A stretch of 64,000 bases of DNA from Nemertoderma westbladi. Lineage: Eukaryota; Animalia; Xenacoelomorpha. The position numbers were made by a program, and so were the translations under genes. Shown one piece after another: positions 12,401-27,400 of this stretch. The notes beneath the pieces are model-generated. The model was not told the DNA's origin. It did not search any database and worked only from the letters and a program-made list of their open reading frames with translations. The stretch covers positions 62,001-126,000 of the forward strand of contig JAUCBJ010008499.1 in assembly GCA_032718475.1 (NCBI GenBank), given 5' to 3'. How positions within the stretch are numbered: the stretch's first letter is position 1; each line of letters begins with the position of its first letter.

Positions 12401-15400
12401 ATAGGAATATAAATTATATTTACATACGAATATAAATTATATTTACATACGAATATAAATTATATTTACATACGAATATAAATTATATTTACATACGAAT
12501 ATAAATTATATTTACATACGAATATAAATTATATTTACATACGAATATAAATTATATTTACATACGAATATAAATTATATTTACATACGAATATAAATTA
12601 TATTTACATACGAATATAAATTATATTTACATACGAATATAAATTATATTTACATACGAATATAAATTATATTTACATACGAATATAAATTATATTTACA
12701 TACGAATATAAATTATATTTACATACGAATATAAATTATATTTACATACGAATATAAATTATATTTACATACGAATATAAATTATATTTACATACGAATA
12801 TAAATTATATTTACATACGAATATAAATTATATTTACATACGAATATAAATTATATTTACATACGAATATAAATTATATTTACATACGAATATAAGGGAT
12901 ACTTGTTACTTACTATCTTCTTCGTCCGTTATCTCGACAATAGTTGTGTTCAAGTTCCAAATGGCCAAGGGTTCGGCTGAAGATAAGACCTTGAGGTAAA
13001 GCATGAGCGTTTCATTACCTTCAAACACCTCGTCTTTCACAAGAGTTACCCGACAATATTCCAAGCTAGACTCTAAATATGATCAATAATAATGTAGGGC
13101 CAACATATTACAAAATCCGAGTTTTCCGAGTGAAACACATATTATTTTCAAGTTTTGTTTTTAAAAAAAACTTAACTTTAATTTATATTTTTATAAGATA
13201 AGCTAAAATTTGCATGTGCGTGCGTAAAATACGACATCCTATTATAAACTTAAAATTCGGCTTTATTATCATTGGTGTAAGCTCTATCTTTTAAGATATG
13301 GCCCCTTCACGTGTTACACTTCTGTAAATACTTCTGTAAATATATCAAAAATTCAATTCAATTGAAGTTATTGAAGTTTCATGAACGATTTACTATGGAG
13401 TAAAGAAGCTGTCTGTAGAGACTTTCTACTTACTTGGAGGAAATATAACGGTGGCGTTTATTGTATCGAATCGACTATACCGCTCTATGTAATCAACCAT
13501 CCTCGTTGTCGATTGGTCCAGTTCGTAACAAAGAACTCGACTCTCTTTACTGATGTCCCCTGTGCGTCTAATAGGTACCGCAACGTCCTTCCTCGTCTCA
13601 CTCACTGTCGTCCAATTCGTTGTGAATTCAACCTTAGGCACTGGGAGATTACAAACATAACCGTTTGTTTATAAACAAAACCGAAGTTTAGCTATTCTAA
13701 TTAATTAATTAAAAAAAAAGACAATAATAAAAAATTATATAATTGCCAATTTGTCACTCTAATCCTAATCCAACTGAAATTTATTCATAAATTACTTATT
13801 TTTATTTACCCTGGAGGGTCACATTTCTGACTGTGGTGATTTTTAAGTATATAGACTAGGCATATGAGGGAGATGTGGTCCTGGAATATATGTTTACCTG
13901 TTCCAGTAAAAATTGAATTTATTGAATGATTTCCATGGCCTGCAATGAGTCACAAATCTGGTTCCGCCATGTTGTCAAAAATGACCATCCTTTATTTAAA
14001 TTTACACCCTTTTTAAACGTAAATAAAGCAACCGAATCAACCAATCAGCGGCGAACACGGCACCATAAAGTTTATTTTGGCGGGACCCGAGCGAAAGCAA
14101 CAATCATCGGTTTCCCTTGCAACTGGAATCCGTTAGTTAAATGGAGAGCTCGAACAGCCGAGTCCACGGAGGGCAGTTCCACGAAGGCCTGTCCCTTCAT
14201 ACGCCCCTCGCGGAACAACCGAACCGAGAAACTCTCCGATCCGTCGGTCGCAGCGCCAAACCGACGGAATATGAACTCCATATCCGCGGGTTGTATCGTC
14301 CGCGCGAGGTTCTTTATGTAGAGTTTTTGGGAGGGCTCGCCAGGAGTGTAGTTCTTAAATTCCTTTAAATGCATCCGGGATTCGTGGGACAAACGACCTT
14401 TATTGAGTTCCGATAAGGAAATATATTCCGAGGAATCAGAAACTGTTGAATCGTCAGCAACGGGCGGACATATTAAAGGAGGTTGATGTTTAGGTTCGAG
14501 TTTACCAAACGGGTTAGTTTCAATTTCCTCTGGCTTAGATGAACTCTCACTTACGGCAGTCGGTGGTATTTTCAGCGATATTTTCCGATGTACTTTATCA
14601 GGAATATTCTGGGCGAAAACTTCCTCGGGGTTTGCGCGTTTCCGGGGATGTGTAACGCCTCGTGTTATTTCTCTCAATGTAACCGGTGTCCGCTTCGGTT
14701 TACTTTCGATGAGTCGAGGTTTTTCTTCTATCGGAATTTTGCGACGCTGTTCAGAATCTTCGCTGTCCATCTCGCTTTCAGCATCCGAAAGCTCCCCAAT
14801 ATCGATAGATTCTGCGGTTTCCTCAGACGAGCGTACGGGAACTTCCGGGAACCGGTCACCGAATGGGGCCGGAAGATCGAGTCGGTTCATTAGATGGAGA
14901 ACCTGCGTGTATAGCGCGGGTACTGCGAGCATTGCGTCGCAGATGTTGTGTAGGATAGTAGGGGAAGGTTCGGGGTAGCGGTACGTCAGGAGAGAACGTC
15001 TACCAGCAGGAGGTACCGGTACCGAGTAGGGGTGGGGTTCCGGGAGGTAGGGAGCGGGTTCGGAATATTCGTGTTGATCGGAAGTCTCGATTTGAGATGA
15101 CGACGACACGGCCTCCGTATCGCCGTACAGAACGATTAGACGACGGCCGTGCAGCTCGCGTTGGTGGAGGCGCGACATAACGACTGATGCGAACTCTCGA
15201 CTTGGGAACGTGGCAAACACGCAGTGTTTCATTGGGCCGACGTCCGCCATACATCGCACAGATGTCGCCCCGAAGTAACGCAGCATCCCGCTACGTTCGT
15301 TCGCGCTCATCGTTTTGGGTAAATTTTTAATTAGTAGCGACTGAGAAAGGAGAGATGGACTCTGATTATTTGTATTTAGGAAAGGATTTGTCACCGATGA

Positions 15401-18400
15401 AGCAACATTATAAGGAATCATCGCGCACAATCTCAATATAATTGTGAGTGTCAGATTGTAGGTAGGGTCTATCTGTCTATCTGTCTCAGGCAACTTGACA
15501 GGTACCTGGACTGGTACCGGTAGTCCTTCAGTAAATAATTTGTGGTTGCTTATTAGCTTTATCAGTTTATACCGGTATCTCAGTCAGTCTTACAGTTAAG
15601 GTAGGCCTACCGGTTGCCTTGCCGGTATTTACCTAGAGTAGAGTTTATCTGCTGCAATGGTTCGCACCGTAGGCCTACTGCGGTACTGCTGCAGAGTGTA
15701 GACTGTTGTTATCTTCGCCTACTGTGCTAGTTCCATAAGTTATGCTCTACGCGAACACGCTTCACATCACACAGTCACAATAAGCGTACTAACACCGTCA
15801 CACTAACCGAAGTCTGCATGTTGAAAAAATGGTCGTTGGGAAGTATTTTAAATCTCCCACTCTAGGGGGAACGACTTTGTCAGTTGGCGTGATTGGTTAC
15901 TAATTTAAAGACATGAGATTTATTTTGATAATAAAATGTATGACCTCTATGCCGCACATTTACCGGTAGTATTTTTATTTGATAATTATATTCTATCTGA
16001 AAAACCGTGAGAAATATGAGCGAAGGAATTCAATCAATATTAAATCGACATACCGTAAAAACTTTAATTGTTTTAATGAACGTGTTGAAAAGCTATTGTG
16101 GATTGAGTTTTGCGCCCATGTGAAGAAAATCACGTTCTCACATTTCGTTGCAAATAACAGCTGATTATTCTCAAAAATAAAACTGTAACATGTTCTATTG
16201 TGTTTAGTTTATTGTTTTGGTTAAAATAACGTGCCAATGTAACCTGCTCCTTTCCCTAAATTGATAATTTAACATTGAGGCGGGATATTAATTCGCAAGG
16301 CGGGTTTTGCGTCCAGTTCCCCCCCCCCCCCCCCCCCCCTGTCTCTCGTTTATAGTTTTGGTTAAATTCAGCACTTCTGTAACCTGAAATTAATGAAAAC
16401 CTGGTATTCTTCACATGGGGGTAAAATGGAAAGTAAGATAATAATGTTGTTAATTATAATAATAAATAATAATAATATTGTTATTAATATAATATAATTA
16501 TTAAAAATAACAAATAGGATTATTTTATCTAAAAAAAATGCGCTTTCTTTCAATTAAATCTACAACAATAATTGGAAGAAGATTATGCTTTTGCTCACTT
16601 ATTACTTTTTCATTATTTTAATGAACAATTTCCATCAGTAATTATTGAAATAACTAAAAAAAAAAAAATTTTTCCGATACTTGTATTTATTAATTTATTA
16701 TTAATTTATACCCTTAATTAATATTTCGTCGATGAATCAGTATTTTTCGACTATAAATTAATTTATATTTATCCTGTTCCAGTTTAAACATGAAAGATGA
16801 ACAATTCTGAAATACTATACGATAAACTTACAATCATCCCATCTATCATCGATGTCTACGACGACCACATGGTCGGTGGCAGATAAACGAGCTTGTTCCG
16901 CCCCATACATAGCCACCATGAAGGTTTCAACCCCTTCCGAATGGGGTCGGGACGAATCGTCGAGAATCTTTATTTCGATGGATTGGATCTGTTCGTATGG
17001 AGGGAAGACGATGGTTTCCGACTCAGAAGATATAGGGAGGTAATCCTCCAGTGCTAGAGCTGTAAGATAAACAATAAACAGTAGTGCTACAGCTGTAAGA
17101 TAAACAATAAACACCAGTGTTAGAGCTGTAAGATAAACAATAAACACCAGGTCTAGCTAGAGCTGTAAGATAAACAATAAACAGTAGTGCTCTAGAGCTG
17201 TAAGATAAACAATAAACACCAGTGCTAGTGCTGCAAGATAAACAATAAACACCAGTGTTAGAGCTGTAAGATAAACAATAAACAGTAGTGCTCTAGAGCT
17301 GTAAGATAAACAATAAACAGTAGTGCTCTAGAGCTGTAAGATAAACAATAAACACCAGTGTTAGAGCTGTAAGATAAACAATAAACACCAGGTCTAGCTA
17401 GAGCTGTAAGATAAACAATAAACAGTAGTGCTCTAGAGCTGTAAGATAAACAATAAACACCAGTGCTAGAGCTGTAAGATAAACAATAAACAGTAGTGCT
17501 CTAGAGCTGTAAGATGAACAATAAACACCAATGCTAGAGCTGTAAGATAAACAATAAACACCAGGTCTAGCTAGAGCTGTAAGATAAACAATAAACAGTA
17601 GTGCTCTAGAGCTGTAAGTTAAACAATAAACACCAGTGCTAGAGCTGTAAGATAAACAATAAACAGTAGTGCTCTACAGCTGTAAGATGAACAATAAACA
17701 CCAGTGCTAGAGCTGTAAGATAAACAATAAACAGTAGTGCTCTAGAGCTGTAAGATAAACAATAAACACCAGTGCTAGAGCTGTAAGATAAACAATACAC
17801 ACCAGGTCTATCTAGAGCTGTAAAATAAACAATAAACACCAGTGCTAGAGCTGTAAGATAAACAATAAACACCAGTGCTAGAGCTGTAAGATAAACAATA
17901 CACACCAGGTCTATCTAGAGCTGTAAGATAAACAATAAACACCAGTGCTAGAGCTGTAAGATAAACAATGAACACCAGTGCTAGTGCTGTAAGATAAACA
18001 ATAAACACCAGGTTTAGCTAGAGCTGTAAGATAAACAATAAACACCAATGCTAGAGCTGTAAGATGAACAATAAACACCAGGTTTAGCTAGAGCTGTAAG
18101 ATAAACTATAAACACCAGTGCTAGAGCTGTAAGATAAACAATAAACACCAATGCTAGAGCTGTAAGATAAACAATAAACAGTAGTGCTCTAGAGCTGTAA
18201 GATAAACAATAAACACCAGTGTTAGAGCTGTAAGATAAACAATAAACACCAGGTCTAGCTAGAGCTGTAAGATAAACAATAAACAGTAGTGCTCTAGAGC
18301 TGTAAGATAAACAATAAACACCAGTGCTAGAGCTGTAAGATAAACAATAAACAGTAGTGCTCTAGAGCTGTAAGATGAACAATAAACACCAATGCTAGAG

Positions 18401-21400
18401 CTGTAAGATAAACAATAAACACCAGGTCTAGCTAGAGCTGTAAGATAAACAATAAACAGTAGTGCTCTAGAGCTGTAAGATAAACAATAAACACCAGTGC
18501 TAAGGCTGTAAGATAAACAATAAACAGTAGTGCTCTACAGCTGTAAGATGAACAATAAACACCAGTTCTAGAGCTGTAAGATAAACAATAAACAGTAGTG
18601 CTCTAGAGCTGTAAGATGAACAATAAACACCAATGCTAGAGCTGTAAGATAAACAATAAACACCAGGTCTATCTAGAGCTGTAAGATAAACAATAAACAG
18701 TAGTGCTCTAGAGCTGTAAGATAAACAATAAACACCAGTGCAACAGCTGTAAGATAAACAATAAACACCAATGCTAGAGCTGTAAGATGAACAATAAACA
18801 CCAGGTTTAGCTAGAGCTGTAAGATAAACTATAAACACCAGTGCTAGAGCTGTAAGATAAACAATAAACACCAATGCTAGAGCTGTAAGATAAACAATAA
18901 ACAGTAGTGCTCTAGAGCTGTAAGATAAACAATGAACACCAGTGCTACAGCTGTAAGATAAACAATAAACACCAATGCTAGAGCTGTAAGATGAACAATA
19001 AACACCAGGTTTAGCTAGAGCTGTAAGATAAACTATAAACACCAGTGCTAGAGCTGCAAGATAAACAATATACACCAATGCTAGAGCTGTAAGATAAACA
19101 ATAAACAGTAGTGCTCTAGAGCTGTAAGATAAACAATAAACACCAGTGTTAGAGCTGTAAGATAAACAATAAACACCAGGTCTAGCTAGAGCTGTAAGAT
19201 AAACAATAAACAGTAGTGCTCTAGAGCTGTAAGATAAACAATAAACACCAGTGCTAGAGCTGTAAGATAAACAATAAACAGTAGTGCTCTAGAGCTGTAA
19301 GATGAACAATAAACACCAATGCTAGAGCTGTAAGATAAACAATAAACACCAGGTCTAGCTAGAGCTGTAAGATAAACAATAAACAGTAGTGCTCTAGAGC
19401 TGTAAGATAAACAATAAACACCAGTGCTAGAGCTGTAAGATAAACAATAAACAGTAGTGCTCTACAGCTGTAAGATGAACAATAAACACCAGTTCTAGAG
19501 CTGTAAGATAAACAATAAACAGTAGTGCTCTAGAGCTGTAAGATGAACAATAAACACCAATGCTAGAGCTGTAAGATAAACAATAAACACCAGGTCTAGC
19601 TAGAGCTGTAAGATAAACAATAAACAGTAGTGCTCTAGAGCTGTAAGATAAACAATAAACACCAGTGCTAGAGCTGTAAGATAAACAATAAACAGTAGTG
19701 CTCTACAGCTGTAAGATGAACAATAAACACCAGTTCTAGAGCTGTAAGATAAACAATAAACAGTAGTGCTCTAGAGCTGTAAAATAAACAATAAACACCA
19801 GTGCTAGAGCTGTAAGATAAACAATAAACACCAGTGCTAGAGCTGTAAGATAAACAATACACACCAGGTCTATCTAGAGCTGTAAGATAAACAATAAACA
19901 CCAGTGCTAGAGCTGTAAGATAAACAATAAACACCAGTGCTAGAGCTGTAAGATAAACAATAAACACCAATGCTAGAGCTGTAAAATGAACAATAAACAC
20001 CAGGTTTAGCTAGAGCTGTAAGATAAACAGTAAACACCAGTGCTAGAGCTGTAAGATAAACAATAAACACCAATGCTAGAGCTGTAAGATAAACAATAAA
20101 CAGTAGTGCTCTAGAGCTGTAAGATAAACAATAAACACCAATGCTAGAGCTGTAAGATAAACAATAAACACCAGGTTTAGCTAGAGCTGTAAGATAAACA
20201 ATAAACACCAGGTCTATCTAGAGCTGTAAGATAAACAATAAACACCAGGTTTAGCTAGAGCTGTAAGATAAACAATAAACACCAGGTCTATCTAGAGCTG
20301 TAAGATAAACAATAAACACCAGTGCTAGAGCTGTAAGATAGACAATAAACAGCAGTGCTCTAGAGCTGTAAGATAAACAATAAACACCAATGCTAGAGCT
20401 GTAAGATAAACAATAAACACCAATGCTAGTGCTGTAAGATAAACAATAAACACCAATACTAGTGCTGTAACAATAACAATAAACACCAGGTTTAGCTAGA
20501 GCTGTAAGATAAACAATAAACAGTAGTGCTCTAGAGCTGTAAGATAAACAATAAACACCAATGCTAGAGCTGTAAGATAAACAATAAACAGTAGTGCTCT
20601 AGAGCTGTAAGATAAACAATAAACACCAATGCTAGTGCTGTAAGATAAACAATAAACACCAGGTCTAGCTAGAGCTGTAAGATAAACAATAAACACCAGT
20701 GCTAGAGCTGTAAGATAAACAATAAACACCAATGCTAGAGCTGTAAGATAAACAATAAACAGTAGTGCTCTAGAGCTGTAAGATAAACAATAAACACCAA
20801 TGCTAGTGCTGTAAGATAAACAATAAACACCAGGTTTAGCTAGAGCTGTAAGATAAACAATAAACACCAGGTATATCTAGAGCTGTAAGATAAACAATAA
20901 ACACCAGTGCTAGAGCTGTAAGATAAACAATAAACACCAATGCTAGTGCTGTAAGATAAACAATAAACAGTAGTGCTCTAGAGCTGTAAGATAAACAATA
21001 AACACCAATGCTAGTGCTGTAAGATAAACAATAAACACCAGGTTTAGCTAGAGCTGTAAGATAAACAATAAACACCAGGTCTATCTAGAGCTGTAAGATA
21101 AACAATAAACACCAATGCTAGAGCTGTAAGATAAACAATAAACACCAATGCTAGAGCAGTAAGATAAACAATAAACAGTAGTGCTCTAGAGCTGTAAGAT
21201 AAACAATAAACACCAGTGCTAGAGCTGTAAGATAGACAATAAACAGTAGTGCTCTAGAGCTGTAAGATAAACAATAAACACAAATGCTAGAGCTGTAAGA
21301 TAAACAATAAACACCAGGTCTAGCTAGAGCTGTAAGATAAACAATAAACAGTAGTGCTCTAGAGCTGTAAGATAAACAATAAACACCAATGCTAGTGCCG

Positions 21401-24400
21401 TAAGATAAACAATACACACCAGGTCTAGCTAGAGCTGTAAGATAAACAATAAACAGTAGTGCTCTAGAGCTGTAAGATAAACAATAAACACCAATGCTAG
21501 TGCTGTAAGATAAACAATACACACCAGGTTTAGCTAGAGCTGTAAGATGAACAATAAACAACAGTGCTAGAGCTGTAAGATAAACAATAAACAGTAGTTC
21601 TCTAGAGCTGTAAGATAAACAATAAACACCAATGCTAGTGCTGCAAGATAAACAATACACACCAGGTCTAGCTAGAGCTGTCAGATAAACAATAAACAGT
21701 AGTGCTCTAGAGCTGTAAGATAAACAATAAACACTAATGCTAGAGCTATAAGATAAACAATAAACACCAATGATAGTGCTGTAAGATAAACAATACACAC
21801 CAGGATTAGCTAGAGCTGTAAGATGAACAATAAACACCAGTGCTAGAGCTGTAAGATAAACAATAAACAGTAGTGCTCTAGTGCTGTAAGATGAACAATA
21901 AACACCAGTGCTAGAGCTGTAAGATAAACAATAAACAGTAGTGCTCTACAGCTGTAAGATAAACAATAAACACCAGATCTAGCTAGAGCTGTAAGATAAA
22001 CAATAAACACCAATGCTAGTGCTGTAAGATAAACAATACACACCAGGTCTAGCCTAGAGCTGTAAGATAAACAATAAACAGTAGTGCTCTAGAGCTGTAA
22101 GATAAACAATAAACACCAGTGCTAGAGCTGTAAGATAAACAATAAACACCAGTGCTAGAGCTGTAAGATAAACAATAAACAGTAGTGCTCTAGAGCTGTA
22201 AGATAAACAATAAACACCAATGCTAGTGCTGTAAGATAAACAATAAACAGTAGTGCTCTAGAGCTGTAAGATAAACAATAAACAGTAGTGCTCTAGAGCT
22301 GTAAGATAAACAATAAACACCAGTGCTAGAGCTGTAAGATAAACAATAAACACCAGTGCTAGAGCTGTAAGATAAACAATAAACAGTAGTGCTCTAGAGC
22401 TGTAAGATAAACAATAAACAGTAGTGCTCTAGAGCTGTAAGATAAACAATAAACACCAATGCTAGTGCTGTAAGATAAACAATAAACAGTAGTGCTCTAG
22501 TGCTGTAAGATGAACAATAAACACCAGATCTAGCTAGAGCTGTAAGATAAACAATAAACACCAATGCTAGTGCTGTAAGATAAACAATAAACAGTAGTGC
22601 TCTAGAGCTGTAAGATAACAATAAACACCAATGCTAGTGCTGTAAGATAAACAATAAACACCAGGTTTAGCTAGAGCTGTAAGATGAACAATAAACACCA
22701 ATGCTCTAGAGCTGTAAGATAAACAATAAACAGTAGTGCTCTAGAGCTGTAAGATGAACAATAAACAGTAGTGCTCTAGAGCTGTAAGATAAACAATAAA
22801 CACCAATGCTAGGCTGTAAGATAAACAATAAACACCAGGTTTAGCTAGAGCTGTAAAATAAACAATAAACACCAATGCTAGAGCTGTAAGATAAACAATA
22901 AACAGTAGTGCTCTAGAGCTGTAAGATAAACAATAAACACCAATGCTAGAGCTGTAAGATAAACAATAAACAGTAGTGCTCTAGAGCTGTAAGATAAACA
23001 ATAAACACCAGTGCGCTAGAGCTGTAAGATAAACAATAAACACCAGGTCTAGCTAGAGCTGTAAGATAAACAATAAACAGTAGTGCTCTAGAGCTGTAAG
23101 ATAAACAATAAACACCAGTGCTAGAGCTGTAAGATAAACAATAAACACCAGTGCTAGAGCTGTAAGATAAACAATAAACAGTAGTGCTCTAGAGCTGTAA
23201 GATAAACAATAAACACCAATGCTAGTGCTGTAAGATAAACAATAAACAGTAGTGCTCTAGAGCTGTAAGATAAACAATAAACACCAGTGCTAGAGCTGTA
23301 AGATAAACAATAAACACCAGTGCTAGAGCTGTAAGATAAACAATAAACAGTAGTGCTCTAGAGCTGTAAGATAAACAATAAACACCAATGTTAGTGCTGT
23401 AAGATGAACAATAAACACCAGGTTTAGCTAGAGCTGTAAGATAAACAATAAACACCAGTGCTAGAGCTGTAAGATAAACAATAAACACCAATGCTAGAGC
23501 TGAAAGATAAACAATAAACATTAGTGCTCTAGAGCTGTAAGATAAACAATAAACATCAATGCTAGTGCTGTAAGATAAACAATAAACACCAGGTTTAGCT
23601 AGAGCTGTAAGAAAAACAATAAACACCAGGTCTATCTAGAGCTGTAAGATAAACAATAAACACCAATGCTAGAGCTGTAAGATAAACAATAAACACCAAT
23701 GCTAGAGCTGTAAGATAAACAATAAACAGTAGTGCTCTAGAGCTGTAAGATAAACAATAAACACCAGTGCTAGAGCTGTAAGATAGACAATAAACAGTAG
23801 TGCTCTAGAGCTGTAAGATAAACAATAAACACAAATGCTAGAGCTGTAAGATAAACAATAAACACCAGGTCTAGCTAGAGCTGTAAGATAAACAATAAAC
23901 AGTAGTGCTCTAGAGCTGTAAGATAAACAATAAACACCAATGCTAGTGCTGTAAGATAAACAATACACACCAGGTTTAGCTAGAGCTGTAAGATAAACAA
24001 TAAACACCAGGTCTATCTAGAGCTGTAAGATAAACAATAAACACCAGGTTTAGCTAGAGCTGTAAGATAAACAATAAACACCAGGTCTATCTAGAGCTGT
24101 AAGATAAACAATAAACACCAGTGCTAGCTGTAAGATAAACAGTAAACACCAATGCTAGAGCTGTAAGATAAACAATAAACAGTAGTGCTCTAGAGCTGTA
24201 AGATAAACAATAAACACCAGTGCTAGAGCTGTAAGATAGACAATAAACAGCAGTGCTCTAGAGCTGTAAGATAAACAATAAACACCAATGCTAGAGCTGT
24301 AAGATAAACAATAAACACCAATGCTAGTGCTGTAAGATAAACAATAAACACCAATACTAGTGCTGTAACAATAACAATAAACACCAGGTTTAGCTAGAGC

Positions 24401-27400
24401 TGTAAGATAAACAATAAACAGTAGTGCTTTAGAGCTGTAAGATAAACAATAAACACCAATGCTAGAGCTGTAAGATAAACAATAAACAGTAGTGCTCTAG
24501 AGCTGTAAGATAAACAATAAACACCAATGCTAGTGCTGTAAGATAAACAATAAACACCAGGTCTAGCTAGAGCTGTAAGATAAACAATAAACACAGGTGC
24601 TAGAGCTGTAAGATAAACAATAAACACCAATGCTAGAGCTGTAAGATAAACAATAAACAGTAGTGCTCTAGAGCTGTAAGATAAACAATAAACACCAATG
24701 CTAGTGCTGTAAGATAAACAATAAACACCAGGTTTAGCTAGAGCTGTAAGATAAACAATAAACACCAGGTATATCTAGAGCTGTAAGATAAACAATAAAC
24801 ACCAGTGCTAGAGCTGTAAGATAAACAATAAACACCAATGCTAGTGCTGTAAGATAAACAATAAACAGTAGTGCTCTAGAGCTGTAAGATAAACAATAAA
24901 CACGAAATGCTAGTGCTGTAAGATAAACAATAAACACCAGGTTTAGCTAGAGCTGTAAGATAAACAATAAACACCAGGTCTATCTAGAGCTGTAAGATAA
25001 ACAATAAACAACAATGCTAGAGCTGTAAGATAAACAATAAACACCAATGCTAGAGCAGTAAGATAAACAATAAACAGTAGTGCTCTAGAGCTGTAAGATA
25101 AACAATAAACACCAGTGCTAGAGCTGTAAGATAGACAATAAACAGTAGTGCTCTAGAGCTGTAAGATAAACAATAAACACAAATGCTAGAGCTGTAAGAT
25201 AAACAATAAACACCAGGTCTAGCTAGAGCTGTAAGATAAACAATAAACAGTAGTGCTCTAGAGCTGTAAGATAAACAATAAACACCAATGCTAGTGCTGT
25301 AAGATAAACAATACACACCAGGTCTAGCTAGAGCTGTAAGATAAACAATAAACAGTAGTGCTCTAGAGCTGTAAGATAAACAATAAACACCAATGCTAGT
25401 GCTGTAAGATAAACAATACACACCAGGTTTAGCTAGAGCTGTAAGATGAACAATAAACAACAGTGCTAGAGCTGTAAGATAAACAATAAACAGTAGTTCT
25501 CTAGAGCTGTAAGATAAACAATAAACACCAATGCTAGTGCTGCAAGATAAACAATACACACCAGGTCTAGCTAGAGCTGTCAGATAAACAATAAACAGTA
25601 GTGCTCTAGAGCTGTAAGATAAACAATAAACACTAATGCTAGAGCTATAAGATAAACAATAAACACCAATGCTAGTGCTGTAAGATAAACAATACACACC
25701 AGGATTAGCTAGAGCTGTAAGATGAACAATAAACACCAGTGCTAGAGCTGTAAGATAAACAATAAACAGTAGTGCTCTAGTGCTGTAAGATGAACAATAA
25801 ACACCAGTGCTAGAGCTGTAAGATAAACAATAAACAGTAGTGCTCTACAGCTGTAAGATAAACAATAAACACCAGATCTAGCTAGAGCTGTAAGATAAAC
25901 AATAAACACCAATGCTAGTGCTGTAAGATAAACAATACACACCAGGTCTAGCTAGAGCTGTAAGATAAACAATAAACAGTAGTGCTCTAGAGCTGTAAGA
26001 TAAACAATAAACACCAGTGCTAGAGCTGTAAGATAAACAATAAACACCAGTGCTAGAGCTGTAAGATAAACAATAAACAGTAGTGCTCTAGAGCTGTAAG
26101 ATAAACAATAAACACCAATGCTAGTGCTGTAAGATAAACAATAAACAGTAGTGCTCTAGAGCTGTAAGATAAACAATAAACAGTAGTGCTCTAGAGCTGT
26201 AAGATAAACAATAAACACCAGTGCTAGAGCTGTAAGATAAACAATAAACACCAGTGCTAGAGCTGTAAGATAAACAATAAACAGTAGTGCTCTAGAGCTG
26301 TAAGATAAACAATAAACACCAATGCTAGTGCTGTAAGATAAACAATAAACAGTAGTGCTCTAGTGCTGTAAGATGAACAATAAACACCAGATCTAGCTAG
26401 AGCTGTAAGATAAACAATAAACACCAATGCTAGTGCTGTAAGATAAACAATAAACAGTAGTGCTCTAGAGCTGTAAGATAACAATAAACACCAATGCTAG
26501 TGCTGTAAGATAAACAATAAACACCAGGTTTAGCTAGAGCTGTAAGATGAACAATAAACACCAATGCTCTAGAGCTGTAAGATAAACAATAAACAGTAGT
26601 GCTCTAGAGCTGTAAGATGAACAATAAACAGTAGTGCTCTAGAGCTGTAAGATAAACAATAAACACCAATGCTAGGCTGTAAGATAAACAATAAACACCA
26701 GGTTTAGCTAGAGCTGTAAAATAAACAATAAACACCAATGCTAGAGCTGTAAGATAAACAATAAACAGTAGTGCTCTAGAGCTGTAAGATAAACAATAAA
26801 CACCAATGCTAGAGCTGTAAGATAAACAATAAACAGTAGTGCTCTAGAGCTGTAAGATAAACAATAAACACCAGTGCGCTAGAGCTGTAAGATAAACAAT
26901 AAACACCAGGTCTAGCTAGAGCTGTAAGATAAACAATAAACAGTAGTGCTCTAGAGCTGTAAGATAAACAATAAACACCAGTGCTAGAGCTGTAAGATAA
27001 ACAATAAACACCAGTGCTAGAGCTGTAAGATAAACAATAAACAGTAGTGCTCTAGAGCTGTAAGATAAACAATAAACACCAATGCTAGTGCTGTAAGATA
27101 AACAATAAACAGTAGTGCTCTAGAGCTGTAAGATAAACAATAAACACCAGTGCTAGAGCTGTAAGATAAACAATAAACACAAGTGCTAGAGCTGTAAGAT
27201 AAACAATAAACAGTAGTGCTCTAGAGCTGTAAGATAAACAATAAACACCAATGCTAGTGCTGTAAGATGAACAATAAACACCAGGTTTAGCTAGAGCTGT
27301 AAGATAAACAATAAACACCAGTGCTAGAGCTGTAAGATAAACAATAAACACCAATGCTAGAGCTGAAAGATAAACAATAAACATTAGTGCTCTAGAGCTG

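Noticed and set aside
15341-15493. N-terminal 51 aa of the 473-aa ORF
   Set aside because: Non-ATG start, no RNPC3-like sequence, and it ends in a strong polypyrimidine/AG, so it is probably intronic.
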